This document shows, in pieces, positions 8,968 to 18,830 of a DNA stretch of 64,000 nt. The stretch comes from a virus (lineage: Duplodnaviria; Caudoviricetes). The stretch lies in IMG/VR virus record IMGVR_UViG_3300008108_003798; one strand, written 5' to 3'. The stretch's first letter is position 1, and each line of letters begins with the position of its first letter. The notes below the pieces were generated by a model, which saw nothing but the letters and a program-made list of their open reading frames with translations, did not search any database and was not told the DNA's origin. Made by a program: the position numbers and the translations under genes.

Positions 8968-9177
8968 TTAATTCCCAAAAGAGTAGCAGGATTCAAGATC
9001 CACCCACTCATCTTCCATTTCTAGGCTTTCGGTGTAATCATAAACACCAATGCCTTTTAACCGTAGGTATGTAATGTCAATGGGTCGCATCAATACAGGA
9101 AGGGCGATTTCTCTGCAAGGATTGCTAATTTTGATTGGCCAGTCCACATCTACTAGATGTGCTTTAACTTTCGTCAT
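8968..9177 (-). CDS. hypothetical protein
   Basis: Start at MTKVKAH, overlapping the stop of the upstream gene. Confidence 0.5.
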   Translation of the reverse strand: MTKVKAHLVDVDWPIKISNPCREIALPVLMRPIDITYLRLKGIGVYDYTESLEMEDEWVDLESCYSFGN

Positions 9178-9358
9178 CGCTGACTTCAACTTCAACTTCA
9201 ATTTCAACATCTTCAACAACGACCTTTTTTTTCTTTCTGCCGTAGAATCCAGAAGTATATTCAATTTCTTCTGTTCTTTCACCTGTTGAACAAACTTTAA
9301 CTTTGCCGCCTCGGTTGAGAAACTCCTCAATTAGTTCCTTTGGAGTATTATGGTGCAT
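9164..9358 (-). CDS. hypothetical protein
   Basis: IEEFLNRGGKVKVC motif common in phage small proteins. Confidence 0.65.
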   Translation of the reverse strand: MHHNTPKELIEEFLNRGGKVKVCSTGERTEEIEYTSGFYGRKKKKVVVEDVEIEVEVEVSDDES

Positions 9359-9587
9359 ACGACCGATTGTGTTCATTGTCAAACCTTTCTAAAATTTCTG
9401 TGACGTGTTTGCATTTTCCATAGAAAGTAAATCCAGTGCAACTGCACTCGAATCCGTTTTCAGTAACTGTAATGGAATATGTGTTGTTTTTGCTGCCTTT
9501 GGCAGTCCATTCTAAACCAAGCAGCAAAGAGTTTTTAAACGGTCCCCAACCTTCGGGCTTGTAGTAGCGTTTAGAAAACTTTTTCAT
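9348..9587 (-). CDS. SWIM zinc-finger protein
   Basis: YSITVTENGFECSCTGFTFYGKCKH (CxC...CxH). Confidence 0.8.
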   Translation of the reverse strand: MKKFSKRYYKPEGWGPFKNSLLLGLEWTAKGSKNNTYSITVTENGFECSCTGFTFYGKCKHVTEILERFDNEHNRSYAP

Positions 9588-9634
9588 TGCTTGCTCCGTG
9601 TTGCTATTGAGTTATAGCATACAATAGATATCTG

Positions 9635-9967
9635 TCAAGTGTTTTTTCTGGAACGTTCCACCATGATGTCTAGAATTTCTTCAAGAGTCAAGTGATGCTG
9701 TTCCGGGTGCAGTCGCATTATTGTATTGCTAAATTCAGCATCGTCCTTGGCAATTAAACCAAAATTTACCAGCAGGTTTTCTTCTGTTAAATCATCGTTT
9801 AATTGATGTGCAGCCCAAATTGCAGACATTAACAGTACGTTAACTGATAGATCCTTACTGTTGATTTTATTATTGAGCAAGTATGAAATTGCTTTTTTTC
9901 TTACATTATAATAAAACGTTACCTTACGTGCAATTCCGTAAAGGTAATCAATGTTTTCTTTGTCCAT
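9635..9967 (-). CDS. hypothetical protein
   Basis: ORF track, operon context. Confidence 0.7.
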   Translation of the reverse strand: MDKENIDYLYGIARKVTFYYNVRKKAISYLLNNKINSKDLSVNVLLMSAIWAAHQLNDDLTEENLLVNFGLIAKDDAEFSNTIMRLHPEQHHLTLEEILDIMVERSRKNT

Positions 9968-10242
9968 TAAATCCTCGATTTGGGCATAAAAAAGTATAGC
10001 AAACTACCGCCAGGATTTACTGCCAATTTTAATTCTTCAGTGCGGAAATAGTCAATGCTGTGTCCAGTACGTTTCACGGTCCACATATCGCTGACTTTTT
10101 GATTCTGCACCATAATACTGGGTAGGTTGCGTTCAAAGGAAATTGCACGATAACGCAACACTTTGCCGTCAAATTGAGTGGGCTCAACTCCGTATTCAAC
10201 TTGAATATATTTTTTTAAATCGTTAAGTGTATCCATCGTCAT
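9967..10242 (-). CDS. hypothetical protein
   Basis: ORF track, operon context. Confidence 0.65.
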   Translation of the reverse strand: MTMDTLNDLKKYIQVEYGVEPTQFDGKVLRYRAISFERNLPSIMVQNQKVSDMWTVKRTGHSIDYFRTEELKLAVNPGGSLLYFFMPKSRI

Positions 10243-10262
10243 TTACCTCTATAGTGTATTTA

Positions 10263-10442
10263 TTATAGGTCAGTTTTCTTTTCTTGTATCTCTTTGCGAC
10301 GTTGAATGATTAGATCCTTCATTTCGTGTAGTGCTTGTCTTGCTCGAACAGCACTCGCCTTTACACCTTTTTGCTCGAACTTTTCAGTTTCCTGCAAATA
10401 GATAGCAAAGGCAAGTTTTAACTGTTCGTGCGTGTCACTCAC
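10263..10442 (-). CDS. histone H1-like (Hc1-type) small basic protein, 59 aa
   Basis: GTG start; EKFEQKGVKASAVRARQALHEMKDLIIQRRKEIQEKK. Confidence 0.65.
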   Translation of the reverse strand: MSDTHEQLKLAFAIYLQETEKFEQKGVKASAVRARQALHEMKDLIIQRRKEIQEKKTDL

Positions 10443-11004
10443 CGAGAATTACCTCACATACTTCTTGCCAGTTGTTTACGCGAACAACCGCTGGGTTTTG
10501 ATACCATTGATTGTGTGGATGATCAATAAGGATTGGACGGTGACCGTATTTCAAACCAGTGTCGCAGTTTTCTGGTTTGTCTTCGATCCACCAATGTCCC
10601 TGCTCGTACTTGTCTAAGGCGTCATCTTTGTCTGCACCAGTATCAAGGCAGATGAGATCGTCAAACGCAGCACTGCCGATAGTACGGTTAAGGTTGATCC
10701 AACGCAGTTCTTTGGCATATGGATCGAGGCTCAAACTGGTAATTACGTCAAAGCGGTAGCCCTCTGCAAACAATCGAGCAACACCTGTGTCTGCATCTCG
10801 CAGCACTGGCAAGCAACACATCCAAGCACTTTCGTTGAATTCACGTACAACGTCATGCTTGTCTTCTTTGGGGATACCGTATGCTTCAGCAAGGTTGTAG
10901 ATACCGTGCTTGATCTTGGTATAGCCTTTTTTAATCATCCACTCGTGGAATGGACCTTCCCAGTCCAGCAACACGCCGTCACAGTCCGTTAGAATCTTTT
11001 TCAT
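10435..11004 (-). CDS. HAD-family 5'(3')-deoxyribonucleotidase
   Basis: ILTDCDGVLLDW (DxD) and WIEDKPENC motifs. Confidence 0.85.
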   Translation of the reverse strand: MKKILTDCDGVLLDWEGPFHEWMIKKGYTKIKHGIYNLAEAYGIPKEDKHDVVREFNESAWMCCLPVLRDADTGVARLFAEGYRFDVITSLSLDPYAKELRWINLNRTIGSAAFDDLICLDTGADKDDALDKYEQGHWWIEDKPENCDTGLKYGHRPILIDHPHNQWYQNPAVVRVNNWQEVCEVILGE

Positions 11005-11052
11005 GTTTCACCTTTGTTTCACAACTTACTATAGCAGTAACTTTAAGGTTTG

Positions 11053-11343
11053 TCAACCAACCTTGACCGTAGACTGACCTGTTACAACTGTAGTTGCTCC
11101 ACATTTACGTAAATCACCATTTCGGTGTACAGGTGCACCGTAACAAAAAACAGTTCCGGATCCTTCGGCAGTGTCAGTTGGTGGCACAGGATGTAAGAAG
11201 CCATCTGGTTCTGCTGTGCTTTCGTGTACTATAATAGGTTTACCGTTTATTTTAACAGTTTGCGGACTAGAATCTCCGTCGGCATTTAACTCGCCGCCGC
11301 CGTGTGAATTTTGATCTCCTTCGACTGCCCACAACTCTGCCAT
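11053..11343 (-). CDS. PAAR tail-spike tip protein
   Basis: GDQNSHGGG...TVKINGKP...HP...GSGTVF...VHRNGDLRKCGA. Confidence 0.85.
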   Translation of the reverse strand: MAELWAVEGDQNSHGGGELNADGDSSPQTVKINGKPIIVHESTAEPDGFLHPVPPTDTAEGSGTVFCYGAPVHRNGDLRKCGATTVVTGQSTVKVG

Positions 11344-11352
11344 AATAACTCC

Positions 11353-11658
11353 TTATATCATCTTAATGCCGCTGGTACTGCTGATATACTGCTTGGCCAT
11401 TTCGCTGTCAGTCTTAGCAATAAAGATCACTGCATTTTTGTTAATCTCGATCTTGGAATCTGGATTAACTGTAAATGTGTAAGGACCTAGACCCAGTCCT
11501 TGCTGTGTTGCCATAATTGCCAATGGCTTGGACACCACATAGGTATTTGTTTTGGTTTCAACAAGTCTAGCAATCAGTTCATCGCCGTTGAATGTTTTAA
11601 TAGTAACGGTATCGCCGTCCTTCATTGGTGCTTCAATAAGCATTAATCGTTTCTCCAC
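11353..11658 (-). CDS. conserved hypothetical protein (SH3/Sm-like beta fold suspected)
   Basis: GDTVTIKTFNGDELIARL pattern. Confidence 0.65.
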   Translation of the reverse strand: MEKRLMLIEAPMKDGDTVTIKTFNGDELIARLVETKTNTYVVSKPLAIMATQQGLGLGPYTFTVNPDSKIEINKNAVIFIAKTDSEMAKQYISSTSGIKMI

Positions 11659-11894
11659 ATGTCATGATCTTCAAAGTATTTTTCCAGTGCGTCTGATCCG
11701 CCAATGTAATTTCCATGTAGGAAAATTTGTGGAACAGTTCTAGCATTAGGTGCTGCTTCTAACAACTGTTCCTTGGTCCAAGGCCCAGCAGTAATATTTC
11801 TTTCTTCGTAGCGTATACCTTTACCATCAAGCATACGCTTTGCTTTAACGCAATAGGGGCAGTTGTCCTTGCTCCATACAATAGTTTCGCTCAT
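11643..11894 (-). CDS. glutaredoxin
   Basis: CPYC active site; TVPQIFLHGNYIGG. Confidence 0.93.
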   Translation of the reverse strand: MSETIVWSKDNCPYCVKAKRMLDGKGIRYEERNITAGPWTKEQLLEAAPNARTVPQIFLHGNYIGGSDALEKYFEDHDMWRND

Positions 11895-13021
11895 AATGAT
11901 AATCCTTTAAATGTATCTGTGCCTACATCCTGTTTGATAGCGCCCACAGTGTATGAACTGATCTCAGTTTCTTGTGGCGCAACTTGAACTTCCGAACCGG
12001 AAATCCATTTTTGTGTCCACGGCAATGGATTGTTCTTTACAGTGTAAGGGCTCTTGAGACCAACCATGTTCATACGCTTGGTAGCAATCCACTCGATGTA
12101 TTCAGTTAGCAGTTGAGTGTTGAGACCAATCATACTGCCACCTTTGAACAGATAGTCTGCCCAAGTTTTTTCTTGATCAACTGCATCAACAAACATCTTG
12201 ATAGAATCTGCTTCTGTTTCTTTTGCAATCTTGGCGTAATCAGGATCGTCTTTTTGCAATAGTTTTAGCAGCATCTGCGTTGATGCAAGATGCAGGTTCT
12301 CATCACGTGCAATAAATTTGATGATTTTAGCATTGCCTTCCATCTTCTTCAGTTCAGCAAATGCCCACGAACAAGCAAAACTAACATAGAAGCGAACACC
12401 TTCTAGAATGTTAACACTCATCAGTGCAAGCCATAGTTTCTTCTTTAGTTCGTACAACTCAACTGCAACTTCTTTACCGTTAACTGTGTGAGTGCCTGCG
12501 CCAAGCAAATTATACCAAGTTGCAAGTTCAATCAGTTCGTCATAATTTTTGCTGATATCTTCTGCACAATCGATAATTTCTTCAATGTCCATCATCTCGT
12601 CAAAGATCTTGCTCGGATTGGCATAGACGTTGCGAATGATGTGTGTATAACTGCGGCTGTGAATTGATTCAGAAAATGTCCAAGTCAGGATCCAGTTTTC
12701 AAGTTCTGGCAAACTTACAATAGGACTAAATGCTTCTACAGGAGCACGACCTTGTACACTATCAAGTAGAATTTGACGCTTTAGATTGCTGGTAAAAATA
12801 TGTTGTTCATGTGCTGTTAGAGCCTTGAAGTCTGTTGCGTCTTTGTAAACGTCGATCTCTTCAGGACGCCAAAAGAAACCAAGTTGTTTATCAGTGAGTT
12901 GATCAAACTGTTTGTACTTCAGCGTGTCATAACGCTGGATAGTAGGACCACCTGTTGGGTCGAGAAATGCCATTACCTGTGTATGATCTGCACGGTTTTC
13001 TAAATCAAATACGCTGCTCAT
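11891..13021 (-). CDS. nrdB: class Ia ribonucleotide reductase beta subunit
   Basis: FFWRPEEID, ESIHSRSY, LEGVRFYVSF, RDENLH, QVAPQETEISSY. Confidence 0.96.
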   Translation of the reverse strand: MSSVFDLENRADHTQVMAFLDPTGGPTIQRYDTLKYKQFDQLTDKQLGFFWRPEEIDVYKDATDFKALTAHEQHIFTSNLKRQILLDSVQGRAPVEAFSPIVSLPELENWILTWTFSESIHSRSYTHIIRNVYANPSKIFDEMMDIEEIIDCAEDISKNYDELIELATWYNLLGAGTHTVNGKEVAVELYELKKKLWLALMSVNILEGVRFYVSFACSWAFAELKKMEGNAKIIKFIARDENLHLASTQMLLKLLQKDDPDYAKIAKETEADSIKMFVDAVDQEKTWADYLFKGGSMIGLNTQLLTEYIEWIATKRMNMVGLKSPYTVKNNPLPWTQKWISGSEVQVAPQETEISSYTVGAIKQDVGTDTFKGLSL

Positions 13022-13076
13022 TTTTATCCTTTGTTAAATGCTATAAGAGTGTAACAGAGCCCTCGGGCTCTGTCAA

Positions 13077-15383
13077 TTAAATTGTGCAACTTTCACAAGC
13101 GGCTTCGTCACTGATTTGTATTTCGGGCTCAAATGCGTCTTCTTTGACCATCTTGGCTACGTCTAGTTCGCCAGCGCCGTCGTTGGTGTTGAAGTAATAC
13201 AACTGCTTGCCGCCGTATTTGTAGAACATTACCATGTGCTGTAGCATCACACTCATAGGAATCTTTTCATCTTCAAAGTAGATTGGATTGTAACTGGTAT
13301 TAACACTAATGCCTTGGTCAATGTATTTTTGCAACACTGACATGATCTTTAGATAACCTTCTGGTGACTTTTGATCCCATAGTAGATCGTACTTGTTCTT
13401 TAGACGCTTGTATTCAGGAACAACCTGCTTTAGTACGCCGTGCTTGCTTTGCTTAACACTGATATATGCACGTGGCGGCTCAATTCCGTTTGTAGCATTT
13501 GCAATCTGTGCTGAAGTTTCGCTGGGCATCAATGCCATCAGTGTACTGTTGCGAATGCCAGTTTCTTTCAACTGTTTGCGAAGTTCTGCCCAGTCCATGC
13601 GTTCAACGTGTGGCACAAGATCGTCAACATCCTTCTTGTAGGTTTGGTTAGGTGTGATGCCGTGTCCGTACTTGGTTTCTAAGTTGCCGCTAGGGGCACC
13701 CTGTTCCGTTGCTAGATCAGCACTGGCTTTAATCAAATAGTAACTCCAGGCTTCTGCCCACTCGTCAATCAGTGCAAGTCCTTCTGCATCTATATGTTGA
13801 TAACTAAGTCCATGCTTGGCCATCCAGTATGCAAAGTTGATAATGCCAACACCTAGCGGACGGCGCTTTTCAGTTGACAATCTTGCTGCAAGAACTGGAT
13901 AGTCTTGATAGGATAGCAGTGCATCAAGACCTCTAACTGCCAGTGTGCAGACACGCTTGAAGTCTGCAGGTGTACGAATGTTACCCCAATTAATGGCGGA
14001 AAGGGTGCAAAGGCTGATTTCACCTTCCGCATCGTTTAGATCACTTAATGGCTTGGTTGGCAAGTCAATTTCTGCACAGAGATTGCTTTGACGAATAGGT
14101 GCAAGTTCAGGCAAGAAACTGCCGTGATCGTTTGCATTGTCCACGTTTTGTAAATAGATACGGCCTGTTGATTTGCGCTCTTCCATGAATGAGCCAAATA
14201 TTTCAAGTGCTGTTACAGTTTTTTTACGTATCTTTGGATTGCGTTCTGCTGCTTCATACAGTTCTCTAAACCGTGCTTGATCTGCAAAGAACGCATCATA
14301 CAAGCCAGGAACATCGCTTGGAGAAAACAGAGTAATATTACCGCCGGTGATTAGGCGTTCGTACATCAGTTTATTAAACTGTACACCGTAGTCCATGTGG
14401 CGTACACGAGTTTCTTCTGTGCCCTTGTTATTCTTTAGAACCAGCAGTTCTTCTACTTCGAGATGCCACAGTGGATAGTAGATAGTTGCTGCACCACCTC
14501 TGACGCCACCTTGGCTGCAACTTTTAACGGCTGCTTGGAACATTTTATAGAAAGGAATAATGCCTGTGTGATATGCATCGCCTCTGCGAACTGGCGAACC
14601 AATAGCACGTATCTTGCCGCCGCCGATGCCAATGCCTGCTTTTTGACTTACATATTTAACAATGGCACTGGTAGTAGCATTGATACTGTCGAGGCTATCA
14701 TCAGACTCAATAAGGACACAACTACTAAACTGTCTTTGCGGAGTACGAACACCGGCCATAACAGGAGTAGGTAGGCTAATGTCGTGAAGACTAATAGCAT
14801 CATAATAATCTTTGACCCATTGTAGTCTTGTTTCTTTTGAATAACTCTGGAACAGTGTTGCAGCAATTAAAATATAGCACATCTGCGGAGTTTCGAATAT
14901 CTCGCCGGATACACGATTCTGTACTAGGTACTTGCCTCTTAGTTGTTCCATTGCAACGTAGGTTAGGTCCTCGTCTCTGTCGTGTTTGACGAAACTGTTG
15001 ATTTTCTCCCATTCGTCTTCGTTGTAGTAGTTGATTAGATCAGGATCATAAAAGCCGTTTTCAATGTTACGAATTACTAGTTCTTTAACTGTGCAAGGTG
15101 TGTATTGTCCGTATACTTCTTTGCGTAAACCATAGTTGATTAGTCTGCCACCTACATATTGATAATTTGGAGTTTCTTCTGAGATAAGATCTGCTGCTGC
15201 CTTGATTAATGTTTCTTGAATGTCGTCGGTCTTGATGCCGTTATAGAATTGGATTTGACTCTTGATTTCTACTTCGCTTGGACTAACCCCTGTGATGCCT
15301 TCGCAGGCATGAAATACTACTTTGTGTAACTTTTCTATGTCAAGGGGTTCTTTTTTCCCATTGCGTTTCGTAACTTGAATCAT
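13077..15383 (-). CDS. nrdA: class Ia ribonucleotide reductase alpha subunit with ATP cone
   Basis: VTKRNG ATP cone, RQFSSCVL, QSNLCAEI, MPSETS, C-terminal CESC. Confidence 0.97.
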   Translation of the reverse strand: MIQVTKRNGKKEPLDIEKLHKVVFHACEGITGVSPSEVEIKSQIQFYNGIKTDDIQETLIKAAADLISEETPNYQYVGGRLINYGLRKEVYGQYTPCTVKELVIRNIENGFYDPDLINYYNEDEWEKINSFVKHDRDEDLTYVAMEQLRGKYLVQNRVSGEIFETPQMCYILIAATLFQSYSKETRLQWVKDYYDAISLHDISLPTPVMAGVRTPQRQFSSCVLIESDDSLDSINATTSAIVKYVSQKAGIGIGGGKIRAIGSPVRRGDAYHTGIIPFYKMFQAAVKSCSQGGVRGGAATIYYPLWHLEVEELLVLKNNKGTEETRVRHMDYGVQFNKLMYERLITGGNITLFSPSDVPGLYDAFFADQARFRELYEAAERNPKIRKKTVTALEIFGSFMEERKSTGRIYLQNVDNANDHGSFLPELAPIRQSNLCAEIDLPTKPLSDLNDAEGEISLCTLSAINWGNIRTPADFKRVCTLAVRGLDALLSYQDYPVLAARLSTEKRRPLGVGIINFAYWMAKHGLSYQHIDAEGLALIDEWAEAWSYYLIKASADLATEQGAPSGNLETKYGHGITPNQTYKKDVDDLVPHVERMDWAELRKQLKETGIRNSTLMALMPSETSAQIANATNGIEPPRAYISVKQSKHGVLKQVVPEYKRLKNKYDLLWDQKSPEGYLKIMSVLQKYIDQGISVNTSYNPIYFEDEKIPMSVMLQHMVMFYKYGGKQLYYFNTNDGAGELDVAKMVKEDAFEPEIQISDEAACESCTI

Positions 15384-15429
15384 TTTTTATTGTTTCCTCT
15401 TTATCAAATGTTTAGGTTTGGACAGATAT

Positions 15430-15855
15430 TTATTGCAAGGGTGGCAAGCAATATTTTTTCTCGATCTTTAAATTTTTGGGTATAGATTCAGCATCTACCG
15501 CTCTATCTCTAAGATAGCCAATTACGTCGTTGTCAATATAAAGCAGGTATTTCACTTCTGACATTTCCTTATTGGTACAGATATGTATCTCAAACTGACA
15601 CTGGGAAAAGCGTGTAGTTAACTGCAAACTATAGGCAATACCTAATAAACATGCAAACTCGCAGTAGGTATTTTCATAGATTAGAGTCCAAGGATCCAAC
15701 CACGATTCTTCGTCGTAGGGATCAACGGATATGGTCACCAACGGTGCTCGATTATAAAAATCAATAGCATCTTGCAACGGTGTGTGAGAAGTTTCCAGTT
15801 GACTTCTAAGATCAACCCAGGCTCTTAACCTGTCTTCGTATTTTTTATCAAACAT
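15430..15855 (-). CDS. hypothetical protein
   Basis: ORF track. Confidence 0.7.
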   Translation of the reverse strand: MFDKKYEDRLRAWVDLRSQLETSHTPLQDAIDFYNRAPLVTISVDPYDEESWLDPWTLIYENTYCEFACLLGIAYSLQLTTRFSQCQFEIHICTNKEMSEVKYLLYIDNDVIGYLRDRAVDAESIPKNLKIEKKYCLPPLQ

Positions 15856-15858
15856 ATG

Positions 15859-17442
15859 TTATGACTTGACTCTTATTGTGTAATAAAGATTGTCGTTGCT
15901 TACCGGAATACTATTAACTGCCGATAAGTTAACGATAGTAGTAGTTGCTGCACTAGGTACTGTAACAGTTTCTAAAGCGGCAGAGAACACCAACGATGAT
16001 GCATAACCGCTGTCGCCCATGAAATTATAATTGTCGTTTAAAACTACGCTGTTATTGGATAGATTAATTACCAACTCAATTGTACCTTCTCTAACAATGT
16101 CTTCTGAGTCTTCTGTATACACATAGTCAACAAAGATTGTTCCATTGTCTACCACAGGAAACTTTAGTATTGACGTGCTTGTTGCTAGCAAACCAATTGT
16201 AGTATTGTTACCGTAGAGATTGCTGTAGTTTATTCTACCTAGTACTTCAGGAGTATAAAACTTTGTAGCAGCACTATCAGCAGGACCTGCTACGGTTTTA
16301 TTTTGTGTGCGTTCAAAGAAGTCTGAACTACTCAAGTTTGTGTCTGTGGTAAATCTAATCACAGGCGATCTTGAAGTGTTGGCTTGATCATTACCTACGT
16401 TAAAGAATTTATTATTAGTACTTAGATTGTAGTTGCCTTCTCTGACGAAGATAGCTTCTTCGTCAATTCTATCAAAGAAAGAACCTTCAATCAAATTGTA
16501 GGATGGGCCGTCTGACATACCCAACAATCCAATTGAAGTATCTGTTCCGAAAGCGATTCCTTTGAGCATTGATTCTAAACGTAAATTTCTAAATGTATTA
16601 TTTTTAATGTAGTAATCACTATAAATGCCGTAGTTGAAATTGTCAATCTCTATTCCATCAAATACGTTATTTTCTGATAGTTTTACATCAGAGTAAGAAA
16701 TAATATCAATTGCTCTATGTATATCTGCTACATCACCAAATGTCCAAAAACCTTTGATTTTCAAATTCTTAAAAATGCTGCGTTGGCACGAGTCTACAAT
16801 CATACCTTTTTTAGTTAAACTGTTTACTTCGATTGAGCAATCAGAAATTTCTACATACTTGGCTAGATACTCATCACTAACTTCGTCAATTGTTTCAGTT
16901 GGGTCCGCAGGATTGTAGTGTACAGTTTTAAATACGTCTGCGGTGCTGGATCTAAATATTGTTTTTTCTTTGCCTGCACCTCTGATAACAGCATACGGAG
17001 GTACTTCAATAGTACTGGATACCACATATACACCTGCTGGAAACCAAAGTATAACTCTATTCTCTGTACTGCTGTTTAAAAATAGAGTATCAATGGCCAA
17101 TTGTATTTCGTCTGTTTGATCTGATCCATTGCCAGTTGCACCAAAAGAAAACACACTAACAGTTTCGTCTAGTCTGTCTTGTAGACTTCTTGATACTGGA
17201 ACATTTATACCCCAAATGTTGTTATCGGATTTGTATGAGTACTGATCTGCTAGTTCAAATATGTTGCTGTGTTCAGTTAATAGTTCGGTATTGCCCACAT
17301 ATGGAGCACCTTCACTGACTGCACCATTACCAATGTATAGACGTTGGTTGTCAATGCTCCATGCAATTTCACCAGATGCTAGTTGTGGTGGGTTACCTCT
17401 ACCTCTACGGTGCTGAATTCGGCTGATTTGAACAATTGCCAC
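15859..17442 (-). CDS. virion/tail protein with a pectate-lyase-like beta-helix
   Basis: MAIVQISRIQHRRG...PQLASGEIAW N-terminus; FGATGNGSDQT..LWFPAGVY beta-helix entry motif. Confidence 0.75.
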   Translation of the reverse strand: MAIVQISRIQHRRGRGNPPQLASGEIAWSIDNQRLYIGNGAVSEGAPYVGNTELLTEHSNIFELADQYSYKSDNNIWGINVPVSRSLQDRLDETVSVFSFGATGNGSDQTDEIQLAIDTLFLNSSTENRVILWFPAGVYVVSSTIEVPPYAVIRGAGKEKTIFRSSTADVFKTVHYNPADPTETIDEVSDEYLAKYVEISDCSIEVNSLTKKGMIVDSCQRSIFKNLKIKGFWTFGDVADIHRAIDIISYSDVKLSENNVFDGIEIDNFNYGIYSDYYIKNNTFRNLRLESMLKGIAFGTDTSIGLLGMSDGPSYNLIEGSFFDRIDEEAIFVREGNYNLSTNNKFFNVGNDQANTSRSPVIRFTTDTNLSSSDFFERTQNKTVAGPADSAATKFYTPEVLGRINYSNLYGNNTTIGLLATSTSILKFPVVDNGTIFVDYVYTEDSEDIVREGTIELVINLSNNSVVLNDNYNFMGDSGYASSLVFSAALETVTVPSAATTTIVNLSAVNSIPVSNDNLYYTIRVKS

Positions 17443-17465
17443 GATCGTTACTCCTACGCTTTTTA

Positions 17466-18149
17466 TTATTTAGCGTACTTTTCGTAATAGGAGTATACTC
17501 GATCCCACCATCGGTTTGACCACTCGTCAAACTCGTCCGGCCACAAGTCAAATTGCAAATACTGCTCGTCTCTGGTACACATGAACACATGACCTTCACG
17601 TATATTAGTCCCGTGTATTTCGTTGTGAGCAAGTGCATATGCCGTCATTTGAAGATAGTAGTCTTCAATCCACTCTTTCTTCTTAACTTTGTTGCTTTGT
17701 TTAAAGTCCATAATACAGGCATTGCCTTTGTATACACCAACCAAGTCAGTTGTTCCTGCATACAAACTTGGCATGTACAGAGGCACTTCGCTGCCCCATA
17801 TTTCAGTTACATCATCCAGTGCATGAACTCGTATACGAGTAGCCATTGCGTGTGCTTTTTGTGCATACGGATTTGTTCCTGCCGATGGCCACTCACCTGT
17901 AGCAATATAGTCTTCGAGATACTTGTGCATACGAGTTCCTACGCCCGCAGCCTCTGTGGTAATTTCTTTTGCTTTGGTCTCACCTACCCGTTTGCGCCAT
18001 TCAATCAAGTGTGTTTGATCTTTGGTTTCGCCAAGGATAGTAGTAACGCTGGCAACAGCACTACCGTCAGGAGTCAAGTATCTTCGTTTGCCTTCTACTT
18101 CTGTTCTAGGAATCTTTGTGTATTCAAACTTATTAACTATTAGTGTCAC
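17466..18149 (-). CDS. PD-(D/E)XK exonuclease
   Basis: SVTTILGET, GTRMH, YAGTTDLVG, IMDFKQS, QMTAYA motifs; GTG start inferred. Confidence 0.85.
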   Translation of the reverse strand: MTLIVNKFEYTKIPRTEVEGKRRYLTPDGSAVASVTTILGETKDQTHLIEWRKRVGETKAKEITTEAAGVGTRMHKYLEDYIATGEWPSAGTNPYAQKAHAMATRIRVHALDDVTEIWGSEVPLYMPSLYAGTTDLVGVYKGNACIMDFKQSNKVKKKEWIEDYYLQMTAYALAHNEIHGTNIREGHVFMCTRDEQYLQFDLWPDEFDEWSNRWWDRVYSYYEKYAK

Positions 18150-18480
18150 TATCAGATCCCCAGTTAGTGACTTCGGCAATGTCTTCGTCGTAATACGGGC
18201 TCATCATATAAGGAGCAACATTGCTATATGGGTCGTCGAAACCTTCTATTTCATTTACTTCTGGGACTAGATTGGTTAATAGATTTTTAATACCAAATTG
18301 AAGTGTTGCTGTGCTACCTGAGCAACCAGAACATGCACCACTCATTTCTAGTTTCACTCGGCCGTTGTCGTACTCTACAAAACGAACTTCGCCGCCGTGT
18401 TGTTCCACATATGGTTGTACATACTCATTTAAAATTTGTTTGATGTTTTCACTAATTACTTCTTTTGTTCTTTCAGTCAT
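18133..18480 (-). CDS. NfuA/NifU C-terminal domain Fe-S carrier
   Basis: VQPYVEQHGGEV...MSGACSGCSGSTATLQFGIKNLL (CxxC). Confidence 0.9.
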   Translation of the reverse strand: MTERTKEVISENIKQILNEYVQPYVEQHGGEVRFVEYDNGRVKLEMSGACSGCSGSTATLQFGIKNLLTNLVPEVNEIEGFDDPYSNVAPYMMSPYYDEDIAEVTNWGSDSDTNS

Positions 18481-18525
18481 GGGTCTCTCCAGTTTGACTT
18501 AATATAACATTTTTTTCTAAAGAAG

Positions 18526-18807
18526 TCAAGAGCCTATTTTGGTAGCACGTTTGGCCATTTGGCCAACGACATCTTTTTTAGACGCAGTACCACCGCCAAC
18601 ATCATCAAGTTCACGTGTCTTTAGTGTAATAGAATCTTGATTGAAATCTTTTATTAGACCACGGATCTTGTCATCTGAGTCATATGCTGCTTTGAACACA
18701 TCGTAAGAGAACTGTTGTCCGCCTACGTTTTGCATATATCTATCTAATTGTTGGATGTTAAATTTTGTTAACCCTTTGTTTTTCAAAAGGGTTAACACCT
18801 GATACAA
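18526..18807 (-). CDS. hypothetical protein
   Basis: ORF track. Confidence 0.7.
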   Translation of the reverse strand: MYQVLTLLKNKGLTKFNIQQLDRYMQNVGGQQFSYDVFKAAYDSDDKIRGLIKDFNQDSITLKTRELDDVGGGTASKKDVVGQMAKRATKIGS

Positions 18808-18830
18808 CTTGTCTGTATCGATATTCTCAG

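Noticed and set aside
11891-15383. Introns or inteins in nrdA/nrdB
   Set aside because: Both ORFs are continuous and of normal length.
17466-18149. Exonuclease as CRISPR Cas4
   Set aside because: It lacks the Cas4 four-Cys Fe-S pattern and has no array or cas neighbours; a typical phage PD-(D/E)XK nuclease.
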